A stretch of DNA of 64,000 nucleotides from Candidatus Eiseniibacteriota bacterium. GTDB taxonomy: Bacteria; Eisenbacteria; RBG-16-71-46. How positions within the stretch are numbered: the stretch's first letter is position 1; each line of letters begins with the position of its first letter. The DNA is taken from the NCBI GenBank assembly GCA_963707915.1, contig OY970178.1:2720001-2784000 (forward strand), read 5' to 3'. Below are positions 22,290 through 31,710 of the stretch, piece by piece. Both the position numbers and the translations under genes were made by a program. Under the pieces are notes generated by a model, which did not search any database, was not told the DNA's origin, and worked only from the letters and a program-made list of their open reading frames with translations.

Positions 22290-24977
22290 ATGAGGAACAC
22301 CCTTCCCACCATGCTGCTGTTGGTGCTGTCCGCCGGTGTCGCGCTCGCGGCCGGCCCCGCCCGGGCCGCCGGGGCCCCGGCCGGTCCGGGCGATTCGCTG
22401 CCGCCGGTGCGCGCCGCGAGGCTGGCCTCGCCGGTCGTGGTGGACGGCGCGCTGGACGACCCTGCCTGGCAGGGGCCCCCGTGCATCACGCGGCTGATCC
22501 AGTTGCAGCCCTACGAGGGCGCGGCCGCCACCGAGAGCACCCGGGTGTGGATCGCCTACGACGACCAGGCCCTCTACGTGGCGGCGCGCATGTGGGACTC
22601 GCACCCCGACTCGATCATCGCCCCGTACTTCCGCCGCGACGACTTCGTCCCCTCCGACTTCGCCGGGGTGATCCTCGACCCGTTCCACGACCACCGCACG
22701 GGCTACGAGTTCGTCGTCACCCCTTCGGGCGCGATCATGGACGCCACCACGGCGAACGACGGCGAGGAGGACGCGTCCTGGGACGGGGTGTGGGAGGGAC
22801 GCGCGCAACGCGACGCGCAGGGATGGACCTGCGAGATGCGGATCCCGTTCTCGCAGCTGCGCTTCGCGCCGGGCGATCGGCAGGTGTGGGGCGTGAATTT
22901 CGGCCGCAACGTGGCGCGCCGCGCCGAGAAGTCCTTCGTCGCGATCAAGCCGAAGGCCGAGAGCGGGTTCCAGCCGCGATTCCCGCACCTCGTGGGCATC
23001 GAGGGCGTGCGGAGCGGACGCACCGTCGAACTGTCGCCCTACGTGACGGGCAAGGCCGAGTACCTGGTCCGGCCCGCGGGCGACCCGTTCAACGATGGCT
23101 CGCGCTACACGCCGACGGTGGGCGGAGACCTGCGCACCAGCCTGGGGAGCAACCTCACGCTCAACGCCACCGTGAACCCCGATTTCGGCCAGGTCGAGGT
23201 GGACCCGGCGGTGGTGAACCTCTCGGACGTCGAGTCCTTCTACCAGGAGAAGCGTCCGTTCTTCACCGAGAACGCGCGGGTCTTCTCCTTCGGCCGGGAC
23301 GGGCCCAACGACTCCTGGGGCATGAACTGGCCGGCGCCCACGCTCTTCTACAGCCGTCGCATCGGTCGCGCGCCGCAGGGCGGCGTGCCGCCGTCGAACG
23401 ATGCGGACGCCACGGTGTTCGCGGATGTCCCGATGGCCACGCACATCCTCGGGGCGGCGAAGCTCACCGGCCGCCCCGCGCCCGGCTGGAACTTCGGCAC
23501 CCTGCAGGCGCTGACCTCGCGCGAGCGGGCGAGGGTCTGGACGGACGGGATCGAGTCGCGGAGCGAGATCGAGCCGTTCACCTGGTACGGCCTGGTGCGC
23601 GGGCAGCGGGAGTTCAAGGAGGGGCGCAACGGGCTCGGCCTGCTGGGCACGCTGACGCAGCGCCGCTTCGGTGACGGCGGGCTCCTCGAGGACGAACTGA
23701 ACCGGCAGTCGCTGGTGGCGGGCGTGGACGGCTGGCACTTCGTCGATCGGAAGAAGGTCTGGATCGTCTCGGGCTGGACGGCGATGTCGCGGGTCGCGGG
23801 GACCGAAGCGCGGATGGAGGCCCTGCAGAGGAACTCGCGCCACTACTTCCAGCGCCCCGACGCCGGCTACCTGGGTGTGCGGAGCGTGACCTCGCTCACC
23901 GGCTTCGCCGGGCGGCTCGCGCTCAACAAGCAGGAGGGCAACGTCGCGTTCAACTCGGCTGTCGGGATGCTGGACCCGCGGTTCGAGGTCAGCGACCTCG
24001 GCTACCAGTACTACGCCGACGTGATCAACGCCCACGTGATGTCGGGATACAAGTGGACGAAGGCCAACCGCTGGCAGACCGAGAGCCGGCTCGCGGGCTA
24101 CGTCGCCGGCAACTGGGACCTCGGCGGCGAGCAGGTCTGGTCCGAGGTCGGGGCGCTGGGACACGTCACCTTCACCAGCAACCACACGGCCGACGCCGAG
24201 GTCGACTGGTTCCCGGAGGCGACGGCGAACCGCCAGACCCGCGGCGGTCCGCGCATGCTGCGCCCGGCCAGCGGCGCCGCGAGCCTGCACTACGATACCG
24301 ACGAGAACCGCCGCCTGTTCAGCTGCACCAACCTCTACGCCGAAGGCACTCCGGGCACGGGGACCTTCGACTGGTCGGTGACTCCCACGCTGACCTGGAA
24401 GCCCTCGTCACGGCTCTACCTGAGCTTCGGGCCATCGTTCGAGCGCAATGTCGCCGACGCGCAGTTCGTCACCTCGGTCGGCGCGCCGGGCGAGGTGCCG
24501 GCCGACTTCGGCGACCGGCGCTACGTGTTCGCCTGCCTCGATCAGACCACGGTCGCGGCCAGCATCCGGCTCAACGTCACGCTCACGCCGGACCTCTCGC
24601 TGCAGACCTACGTCCAGCCGTTCATCTCGGCGGGGCGCTACTCGGACTTCAAGGAACTGGCGCGCGCCGGCACGTACGAATTCGTCCACTACGGGCAGGC
24701 CCCGGGCACGTCGTACGCGGACGGCGAGGTGGCCCCGCTGGGCGGCACGCCCTTCGCGCTCGGCGATCCGTCGTTCAACTTCAAGTCCCTGCGCGGGAAC
24801 GCGGTGCTGCGCTGGGAGTACCGGCCGGGCTCGGTGCTCTACCTGGTCTGGACGCAGCAGAGGACGGACGAGGAGGCGCTCGGCGACCTGCGCTTCGGCC
24901 CCTCGACGCGCCGGCTGCTCGACGTCCGGGCCGACGACATCTTCCTGGTGAAGGCGACGTACTACCTGGCGCTCTGA
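22290..24977 (+). CDS. CBM9-like + DUF5916 outer-membrane protein (paralog 3)
   Basis: Same architecture and motifs as 19348..22008; signal peptide MRNTLPTMLLLVLS; ends ATYYLAL. Confidence 0.88.
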   Translation: MRNTLPTMLLLVLSAGVALAAGPARAAGAPAGPGDSLPPVRAARLASPVVVDGALDDPAWQGPPCITRLIQLQPYEGAAATESTRVWIAYDDQALYVAARMWDSHPDSIIAPYFRRDDFVPSDFAGVILDPFHDHRTGYEFVVTPSGAIMDATTANDGEEDASWDGVWEGRAQRDAQGWTCEMRIPFSQLRFAPGDRQVWGVNFGRNVARRAEKSFVAIKPKAESGFQPRFPHLVGIEGVRSGRTVELSPYVTGKAEYLVRPAGDPFNDGSRYTPTVGGDLRTSLGSNLTLNATVNPDFGQVEVDPAVVNLSDVESFYQEKRPFFTENARVFSFGRDGPNDSWGMNWPAPTLFYSRRIGRAPQGGVPPSNDADATVFADVPMATHILGAAKLTGRPAPGWNFGTLQALTSRERARVWTDGIESRSEIEPFTWYGLVRGQREFKEGRNGLGLLGTLTQRRFGDGGLLEDELNRQSLVAGVDGWHFVDRKKVWIVSGWTAMSRVAGTEARMEALQRNSRHYFQRPDAGYLGVRSVTSLTGFAGRLALNKQEGNVAFNSAVGMLDPRFEVSDLGYQYYADVINAHVMSGYKWTKANRWQTESRLAGYVAGNWDLGGEQVWSEVGALGHVTFTSNHTADAEVDWFPEATANRQTRGGPRMLRPASGAASLHYDTDENRRLFSCTNLYAEGTPGTGTFDWSVTPTLTWKPSSRLYLSFGPSFERNVADAQFVTSVGAPGEVPADFGDRRYVFACLDQTTVAASIRLNVTLTPDLSLQTYVQPFISAGRYSDFKELARAGTYEFVHYGQAPGTSYADGEVAPLGGTPFALGDPSFNFKSLRGNAVLRWEYRPGSVLYLVWTQQRTDEEALGDLRFGPSTRRLLDVRADDIFLVKATYYLAL

Positions 24978-24982
24978 CGGCC

Positions 24983-25012
24983 TCGACCTCCCGCGGCGGG
25001 CGTGGGTATACT
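24983..25012 (+). promoter_or_regulatory. Putative sigma70-type promoter of mqnE (TCGACC-N18-TATACT)
   Basis: Read directly; same pattern upstream of mqnA and mqnC. Confidence 0.5.
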
Positions 25013-25040
25013 CCGCGCCCGCCGCACCCACGGAGGTCCC

Positions 25041-26228
25041 ATGCAGTCCCGAGACCATTCCCACCTCGCCGCCGTCCGGACCCGCGACCCGGCCGTGGCC
25101 GCCGCCCAGCGCACGCTGCTCGAGGGCGGCAGGCTCGGCCAGGAGGACGGACTGCGCCTGTTCGAGGCGCCCGTGCTCGAGCTGGGGCGCCTGGCCGACG
25201 CCTACGCGCGCGACCTGCACGGCGAGCGCGTCACCTTCACCGTCAACCGGCAGCTCAACCCGACCAACGTCTGCGTGCTCGCCTGCCGCTTCTGCGACTA
25301 CGCGAAGAAGCCCGGCGCCCCCGGCGCCTACACCATGACGAAGGAGCAGATCCTCGCCCACCTCGATCCCGGGATCACCGAGCTGCACGTCACCGGGGGC
25401 CTGCACGACAAGTGGCGCTTCGAGGACTACGTGAACGTCGTCCGCTGGGTGAAGGAGGCGCGGCCCGACGTGCAGGTGAAGGCCTGGACCGCGGTCGAGA
25501 TCGACTTCTTCTGCCGGCTCACCCGGCAGCCGGTCGGGTGGGTGCTCGAGCGGCTGCGCGAGGCGGGGCTCGACGCGCTGCCGGGCGGCGGCGCCGAGGT
25601 GTTCAGCGAGCGCGTGCGCCGGGAGCTGTTCCGCCAGAAGATCGGCGGCCAGCGCTGGCTCGAGATCCACGAGACCGCGCATCGCATGGGCATCCCCTCC
25701 AACGCGACGCTGTTGTACGGGCACATCGAGACGCTCGCCGAGCGGGTGCAGCACCTGGTCCTGCTGCGCGAGCTCGAGGACCGCGCGCCCGGCTTCCTCG
25801 CCTTCATCCCGCTGGCGTTCCAGCCCGGGGTGACGGGCCTGGTGCGGCGGCAGGCCTCGGCCATCGACGACCTCAGGACGATCGCGGTCTCGCGGCTGGT
25901 GTTCGACAACGTTCCGCACGTCAAGAGCTACTGGGTCATGCTGGGTCACGATACCGCGAGCGTGGCGCTCAACTTCGGCGCCAGCGACCTGGACGGCACC
26001 ATCGGCGTCGAGCGGATCGCCCACGCCGCGCAGGCGCGCGGACCGGTGGGGCTGGCCGAGGAATCCATGGTGCAGGCCATCCGCGAGGCCGGGAAGCTCC
26101 CGGTGCAGCGCGACGCGCTCTACCACGTGGTGCGCGAGTACGGACCCGGCAGCGGCGCGGGCGCGCTGGCGGGGCGCACGTTCGAGCGGGCCGCGGGCGG
26201 TGCCGCGTCCGGAGGCCCCGCGCGATGA
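25041..26228 (+). CDS. mqnE: Aminofutalosine synthase (radical SAM, CofH/MqnE family)
   Basis: LNPTNVCVLACRFC (CxxxCxxC), ELHVTGGLH, VKAWTAVEI, LPGGGAEVF, NATLLYGHIET, HVKSYWVMLG, FGASDLDGT; GGAGG RBS. Confidence 0.85.
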   Translation: MQSRDHSHLAAVRTRDPAVAAAQRTLLEGGRLGQEDGLRLFEAPVLELGRLADAYARDLHGERVTFTVNRQLNPTNVCVLACRFCDYAKKPGAPGAYTMTKEQILAHLDPGITELHVTGGLHDKWRFEDYVNVVRWVKEARPDVQVKAWTAVEIDFFCRLTRQPVGWVLERLREAGLDALPGGGAEVFSERVRRELFRQKIGGQRWLEIHETAHRMGIPSNATLLYGHIETLAERVQHLVLLRELEDRAPGFLAFIPLAFQPGVTGLVRRQASAIDDLRTIAVSRLVFDNVPHVKSYWVMLGHDTASVALNFGASDLDGTIGVERIAHAAQARGPVGLAEESMVQAIREAGKLPVQRDALYHVVREYGPGSGAGALAGRTFERAAGGAASGGPAR

Positions 26229-26611
26229 CGCACCGCCACCACGGCGCCGCCTTCCTGGCGCTGGTCGAGGAGGCGCGCCCGCGCGTGAGGGAGATCGGCA
26301 TCGCGGAGTACGGCGAGCGGCTCATGCGGCGCGAGCGGCACGTGCTGATCGACGTGCGGGAGGACCACGAGTGGGCGGCCGGTCGCCTGCCCGGGGCGAT
26401 GCACCTGGGCCGGGGCATCATCGAGCGCGACATCGAGTCGCATTTCGCCGACCGCAGCACGCCCATCGTGTGCTACTGCGGCGGCGGGTACCGCAGTGTC
26501 CTGGCCTGCGACAGCCTGCAGAAGATGGGCTACCGGAACACCGTCTCGCTCGCGGGCGGCTACCGCGGCTGGCAGGAAGCCGGGCTGCCCGTGGAGACCG
26601 ACGGGGAATAG
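26225..26611 (+). CDS. Single-domain rhodanese / sulfurtransferase
   Basis: LIDVREDHEW..G.LPGA.HL.RG, active-site loop YCGGGYRS, SLAGGYRGW; ATGA overlap with the mqnE stop. Confidence 0.9.
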   Translation: MTHRHHGAAFLALVEEARPRVREIGIAEYGERLMRRERHVLIDVREDHEWAAGRLPGAMHLGRGIIERDIESHFADRSTPIVCYCGGGYRSVLACDSLQKMGYRNTVSLAGGYRGWQEAGLPVETDGE

Positions 26612-26783
26612 GCGGCCGTGGTCGCGGCCGGGCCACCCGCCGCGCCGCCCGCCGGGTCCGCTCCTGGCGAGGAACGCCGCTCCCCCGGTTCGCGCGCTCC
26701 GGCCCCCATCGACCTGCATCCGAAGGAGCATCGTCCGGGCGGTCCTCACCCGGACCCTGCACACGGAGAGGAGCACGACGACC

Positions 26784-27182
26784 ATGGCAGAGAACCCGGC
26801 GGCACCCTGGATCAGCACCTTCGTCTGGAACGAACTCGGGACCCGCGACATCGCCGCGGCGAAGTCGCTGCTCGCCGCGCTGCTCGGCTGGAAGGCCGAG
26901 GACGTGAACGCGGGACCGGAAGGCTCGTACACGATCTTCAAGTCGGGGGACAAGCGGGTGGCGGGTGGCTGGGAGATGAAGGGCGACAGGCACCAGGGCC
27001 TGCCCACGCACTGGATGGGCTACGTGGGCGTGCAGAGCGCCGACGCGACCGTGAAGTCCGCCGAACGGCTCGGCATGACGGTCAAGGTGCCGGCCACCGA
27101 CATCCCCGACGTCGGGCGCTTCGCGGTGCTCGATCATCCCGCGACGGGGACCATCGCCATCCTCGAGCCGAGGCCCATGTAG
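26784..27182 (+). CDS. VOC/glyoxalase family protein
   Basis: FVWNELGTRDIAAAK..LGW, HWMGYVGV, PATDIPDVGRFAVLDHP.G. Confidence 0.88.
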   Translation: MAENPAAPWISTFVWNELGTRDIAAAKSLLAALLGWKAEDVNAGPEGSYTIFKSGDKRVAGGWEMKGDRHQGLPTHWMGYVGVQSADATVKSAERLGMTVKVPATDIPDVGRFAVLDHPATGTIAILEPRPM

Positions 27183-27622
27183 TCCCGGCCGGCGCGGCGC
27201 CCCGATCCGTTCGCGGCGCGACCGTGCCGAATGCACGTCCGGCAGACGGGAGCGGCTTCGAAGCTCGGCGGTTCCCGCGCTGAGGGAACTGCCCCACGCG
27301 ATGTCGGATCCGCCTCGATCGGCCGCCGGCCAGCGCGTCCCGCCTCGACCGGCCGCCCGGTCGCGCGGGTCGGCTTCGGCCGGCGGGCCCGACGGGGCAT
27401 TCGATCGGCGCGACGGCCCGGATTCGCGCCGCTCCTCCCTGCTGCTCCGCGTGGAGGACCGCGCCCGCGCCGGGGGCCGCGGGAGCTGCGATGGGTGGGA
27501 CGGCTCGCCCACGGGGCCAAATCGCTCATGCCCCGGGACGCCTCCTGAGTCCGCCTCGATTGCAGAATGGAGGCCCGTGTCGGGACGGCGGGGGCCGGGA
27601 ACCGGGTGAGTCGCGAGCCTCG

Positions 27623-29713
27623 ATGGTAGCATCAGAAGTGCATCAGGCCACTGCGTTCGGGTCGTACTCCCTGGCCGCGAACTCATCCGAGAGTCCGCAA
27701 GCGAGGCCGCAATTGAGACCGGCACTCCTCCGCTCCAGCTTCGCCCGGACCCTCACGCTCCTGTTCCTCACCCTGACGGCGCCGACGGTTGCCTCCAGCC
27801 AGCCGGCCGGCCCGGCGGGACCGACCCCCGAAGCGCGCGCGCGGTTGTCGCAGGCGGCGGCCGACCCCGCGCTGCCCGCCTGGCAGCGCGAGTTCATGGT
27901 GGGCCTGGCGGACGGCGACGTGGCCGCGACGACGGCCCCGGGCGCCGCCGGTGATCCGGCCTCGCCGCCTGAGCGCCGCTCCGGCCCCGCTGTCGTCGCG
28001 CTCGCGAACCAGGGACCGCCGAGCGCCCGTTCCGCCCACAGCGCGATCTACGACCCGGTGCGCGACCGCATGGTGGTGTTCGGGGGATGGCAGCAATCCG
28101 GCGCGAACTTCGGCGACGTCTGGGCGCTGTCGCTGGCGGGCACGCCGGCGTGGACGGAACTGGCCCCCACCGGCACCCCGCCGAGCCCGCGGCGCTACCA
28201 CAGCGCGATCTACGACCCGGTGCGCGACCGTATGCTGGTGTTCGGCGGCTACGACAATTCCTACTACTACAACGACGTCTGGGCGCTGTCGCTGTCGGGC
28301 GCGCCGGCGTGGACCGAGCTGACGCCCGGCGGCACGCCGCCGGAAGTGCGGTACCGCCACACCGCGATCTACGATCCGGTGGGCGACCGCATGGTGGTGT
28401 TCGGCGGATGGCACTCGGGCGCCTTCTTCGGCGATGCCTGGGAGCTCTCGCTGTCGGGCGCGCCGACGTGGACGGAGCTGGCGCCGGGCGGGGCGCTGCC
28501 GAGCGCCCGGTACTCCCACACCGCGATCTACGACCCGGCGCGTGACCGCATGGTGGTGTTCGGTGGGGTCGATGTCAGCGAGAGCTACCGCAACGACGTC
28601 TGGGCGCTCGCCCTCGCGGGCACGCCGGAGTGGGCGGAACTGACGCCCGCGGGTCCGGCGCCGAGCGCGCGCTACGTCCACGGTGCGGTCTGCGACTCGG
28701 TGCGCGATCGCATGGTGGTCTTCGGCGGACACGACGCCTTCGGCTTCCGCAACGACGTCTGGGAGCTCTCGCTGGCGGGCACGCCGGCGTGGACGGAGCT
28801 GGCGCCCGACGGCACGCCGCCGGGCGTGCGCTACGGCCTCAGTGCGATCCGCGCCCCGGTGCTCGACCGCATGGTGGTGTTCGGCGGGACCGACGGTCTC
28901 GACTGGTTCAACGACGTCGGGGAGCTGTCGCTGGCGGGGGCCACCGCCTGGATGTCGATGTCCGCGCCCGACAGCTTCACGCTGACGGTGAACGCGACGA
29001 ACGGCTCGGTGGTCGAGTCGCCGTTGCCGACCGCGGGGAAGTACGCGTCCGGGACCGCGGTGCTGCTGACGGCGACGGCGGATGCCGGCCACCACTTCGT
29101 GGACTACACCGGGGACGCGGTGGCCCTGACCGACACCGTGACCGTGATCATGAGCGGCGACAAGACGGTCACCGCCGGCTTCGCTCCCGACCTGGTCACG
29201 CTGACGCTGGCCGCGGCGAACGGTTCGGTGACGGCGGTGCCCCTGCCGACCGACGGAAGGTACGCGTTCGGGACGGCGGTGCTGCTGACCGCGACACCGG
29301 ACTCCGGCTACCACTTCGTGGACTACCGCGGGGACGCGGTGGCCGCGACCGACACCGTGACGGTGGTCATGAGCGGCGACAAGACGGTCACTGCCGACTT
29401 CTTCGCCACCGCGGGGGTCGTCGGAGGGGCTCCGCAAGTGACCCTGCTCATGCCGGCGCGGCCGAACCCGTCGCGCCGGTCCGCGACGCTGGTGTTCAGC
29501 GTCGCTCGCGGCGGGCGGGTGGAGCTGGCGATCTACTCGGTGAACGGCCGGCAGGTGCGCGCACTGGTGGACGGCCCCCGGGAGCCGGGCGAGTACCGGA
29601 CGACCTGGGACGGGCGCGACGACGGCGGCAACCCGATGCCCTCGGGGGTCTATTTCGCGAGGCTCAGGACGACGGACCGGTTCATGACCCGGTCCATCAC
29701 GTACCTGAGGTAG
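27623..29713 (+). CDS. Secreted Kelch-repeat beta-propeller protein with two InlB-B/Flg_new-like repeats and a C-terminal FlgD-Ig domain
   Basis: Six ~53-54 aa repeats (P..R..H.AIYDPVRDRMVVFGG..NDVWALSL), two ~73 aa repeats, tail PNP..LAIYSVNGRQVR.L..WDGRDDGG..SGVYFARL; start uncertain. Confidence 0.8.
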   Translation: MVASEVHQATAFGSYSLAANSSESPQARPQLRPALLRSSFARTLTLLFLTLTAPTVASSQPAGPAGPTPEARARLSQAAADPALPAWQREFMVGLADGDVAATTAPGAAGDPASPPERRSGPAVVALANQGPPSARSAHSAIYDPVRDRMVVFGGWQQSGANFGDVWALSLAGTPAWTELAPTGTPPSPRRYHSAIYDPVRDRMLVFGGYDNSYYYNDVWALSLSGAPAWTELTPGGTPPEVRYRHTAIYDPVGDRMVVFGGWHSGAFFGDAWELSLSGAPTWTELAPGGALPSARYSHTAIYDPARDRMVVFGGVDVSESYRNDVWALALAGTPEWAELTPAGPAPSARYVHGAVCDSVRDRMVVFGGHDAFGFRNDVWELSLAGTPAWTELAPDGTPPGVRYGLSAIRAPVLDRMVVFGGTDGLDWFNDVGELSLAGATAWMSMSAPDSFTLTVNATNGSVVESPLPTAGKYASGTAVLLTATADAGHHFVDYTGDAVALTDTVTVIMSGDKTVTAGFAPDLVTLTLAAANGSVTAVPLPTDGRYAFGTAVLLTATPDSGYHFVDYRGDAVAATDTVTVVMSGDKTVTADFFATAGVVGGAPQVTLLMPARPNPSRRSATLVFSVARGGRVELAIYSVNGRQVRALVDGPREPGEYRTTWDGRDDGGNPMPSGVYFARLRTTDRFMTRSITYLR
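28017..28950 (+). repeat. Six tandem coding Kelch repeats (~159-162 bp period)
   Basis: Recurring gcgatctacgacccgg..cgcatggtggtgttcgg unit. Confidence 0.9.
28975..29403 (+). repeat. Two tandem coding repeats (~219 bp period)
   Basis: TLT....NGSV...PLPT.G.YA.GTAVLLTAT.D.G.HFVDY.GDAVA.TDTVTV.MSGDKTVTA.F occurs twice. Confidence 0.9.
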
Positions 29714-29912
29714 GAGGCGGCAGCACCGACGGCCGGCCGCGATGGACCTCGACACCCGGCCGGGTGCCGGGAGGAGGAGCGGCCCCCGCCATTGCACCGG
29801 GGCCTGCTGCCGCGCCGTGCACGCGGCGCCGCGTTCGACTAGAGTGCCGTTCCCGGCCGGTCGTGCCTCGACCGGCCGGTCCCCGCACCTGCACGCTGCT
29901 CCCGCCCACGGA

Positions 29913-31538
29913 GTGACCTTGTCCGACCTCTTCGCGCCCGCATCCCCGACCAAGGCCACCGACCCGCAGCAGGTGCTCGAGGGGGTCTTCGGGTTCCGCG
30001 AGTTCCGCCCGGGGCAGCGGCGGGTGATCGACGCGGTGCTCGCCGGGCGCGATTGCATCGCGGTGATGCCGACCGGGGCGGGCAAGTCGCTCACCTTCCA
30101 GATCCCGGCGCGGATCCTGCCCGGGCCGGTGCTGGTGATCTCGCCGCTCATCTCGCTGATGAAGGACCAGGTGGACGCGCTCACCCGGGTCGGCTTCCGC
30201 GCCACGGTGCTCAACTCGACGGTCGAGTTCGACGAGCGCCGGCGCCGGCTGGCGGCGCTGCGCCGTGGCGAGCTGGAGCTGGTCTACGTCGCGCCCGAAG
30301 GGCTCGAAGGTTCGTTGCGCGACCTCATCGCCGGCTGCAACATCCGCCTGGTGGTGGTGGACGAGGCGCACTGCATCAGCCACTGGGGCCACGACTTCCG
30401 GCCGGCCTACCGCCAGCTCGCCGGGCTCAAGGGCCAGCTCGGCGACGTGCCGGTGCTGGCGCTCACCGCCACGGCGACGCGGCGCGTGGCGGCCGACATC
30501 ATCCAGCAGCTCGGCATGCGCAAGCCCGAGGGCTACAAGGGCTCGTTCTTCCGCCCGAACCTGGTCATCACCGCGCAGCGGAAGGGGGACGCGGGGCAGC
30601 CGCGGAACGCGGGCGACGGCGTGCCGCGCGCGGTCGCCCGCCGCGACACCCGGCGCGACATCCTCGGCATCGTGCGGCGCCACGCGGGCGAGAGCGGCAT
30701 CGTCTACTGCCTCTCGCGCCGCTCGGTGGATTCGCTCCGCGCGTGGCTCTGCGAGCACGGCGTGCGCGCGCTGGCCTACCACGCCGGGCTCGCCGACGAA
30801 GAGCGCCACCGCAACCAGGACGCCTTCGCCCGCGACGAGTGCGACGTCATCGTCGCGACCGTCGCCTTCGGCATGGGCATCGACAAGAGCAACGTGCGCT
30901 TCGTGGTCCACCGTGACATGCCGAGGAGCGTGGAGGCCTGGTACCAGGAGATCGGCCGGGCCGGCCGCGACGGGCTCCCGAGCGATTGCGTGCTGCTCTA
31001 CTCGTGGGCCGACGTGATGGGCTACGAGAACTTCCTCGACGGCATCGACGACCCGGTCCTGCGGGAGGAGACGCGCGCCAAGACGGTCGGGATGTTCCGG
31101 CTCGCCGACCGCGGCGGGTGCCGCCACCAGGCGCTGGTGCGCTACTTCGACGAGACCATCGAGCCGTGCGGGGCGTCGTGCGACGTCTGCCGGGGGACCG
31201 GGATCGAGGACGTGGTGGCGCACGCGTCGGCCCCGGCGCGGCGCGCGGCGCGATCGTCCGGCGACCTCTTCGTGCGGGCCTCCGCCGCGAAGGCGCGCGG
31301 CCGCGGGGCCGGGGAGATCGTCGACCCCGACCTGTTCGAGCGGCTGCGCGCCCTTCGCAAGCGGCTCGCCGACGCCGAGGGCGTGCCCGCCTACATCGTC
31401 TTCAGCGACGCCGTGCTGCGCGAGATGGCGAAGCACGCGCCGCGGACGAGCGCGGAGCTGCTGGGCGTCTCGGGCGTCGGCCCGGTCAAGCTCGAGCGCT
31501 ACGGCGCGGCGTTCCTCGAGGCGCTGCGGGAAGGCTGA
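29913..31538 (+). CDS. recQ: RecQ-family ATP-dependent DNA helicase with HRDC domain
   Basis: MPTGAGKS, VVDEAHCISHWGHDFRPAY, ATVAFGMGIDK, QEIGRAGRDG, Zn site CRH..CGASCDVC, HRDC VPAYIVFSD; start approximate. Confidence 0.93.
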   Translation: MTLSDLFAPASPTKATDPQQVLEGVFGFREFRPGQRRVIDAVLAGRDCIAVMPTGAGKSLTFQIPARILPGPVLVISPLISLMKDQVDALTRVGFRATVLNSTVEFDERRRRLAALRRGELELVYVAPEGLEGSLRDLIAGCNIRLVVVDEAHCISHWGHDFRPAYRQLAGLKGQLGDVPVLALTATATRRVAADIIQQLGMRKPEGYKGSFFRPNLVITAQRKGDAGQPRNAGDGVPRAVARRDTRRDILGIVRRHAGESGIVYCLSRRSVDSLRAWLCEHGVRALAYHAGLADEERHRNQDAFARDECDVIVATVAFGMGIDKSNVRFVVHRDMPRSVEAWYQEIGRAGRDGLPSDCVLLYSWADVMGYENFLDGIDDPVLREETRAKTVGMFRLADRGGCRHQALVRYFDETIEPCGASCDVCRGTGIEDVVAHASAPARRAARSSGDLFVRASAAKARGRGAGEIVDPDLFERLRALRKRLADAEGVPAYIVFSDAVLREMAKHAPRTSAELLGVSGVGPVKLERYGAAFLEALREG

Positions 31539-31710
31539 TCGGCCGGGCTGGCCCGCCGGCGTCCGCTTCGTCGCTCCGCGAGCAGAGCCCATCCGATTTC
31601 AGTTGAAATGCCGGAGCGCGTGCGGCATCTTTTGGGCGTCGGCCGGGCGCCTTCAGCCCGGCCGATCCGTGTTCCGGGCGGAGCGCACGCTGAACACCAT
31701 CGGAGGGAAC

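Noticed and set aside
19201..24290. Very long antisense ORFs (for example 19201..22233, 21897..24290, and similarly 27683..30214)
   Set aside because: Shadow frames of real genes caused by high GC; Arg/Ala/Gly-rich with no recognisable motifs
171..24860. Repeated DUF5916 3' ends as the template/variable repeats of a diversity-generating retroelement
   Set aside because: No reverse transcriptase in the window; all copies are coding gene ends and the differences are not adenine-specific
27183..27622. 440-bp intergenic region as a possible ncRNA
   Set aside because: No recognisable RNA family motif, no second copy in the window and no distinctive long stem
28017..28950. Regularly spaced ~160-bp repeats as a possible CRISPR array
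   Set aside because: They are degenerate, in-frame coding Kelch repeats with no unique spacers and no cas genes
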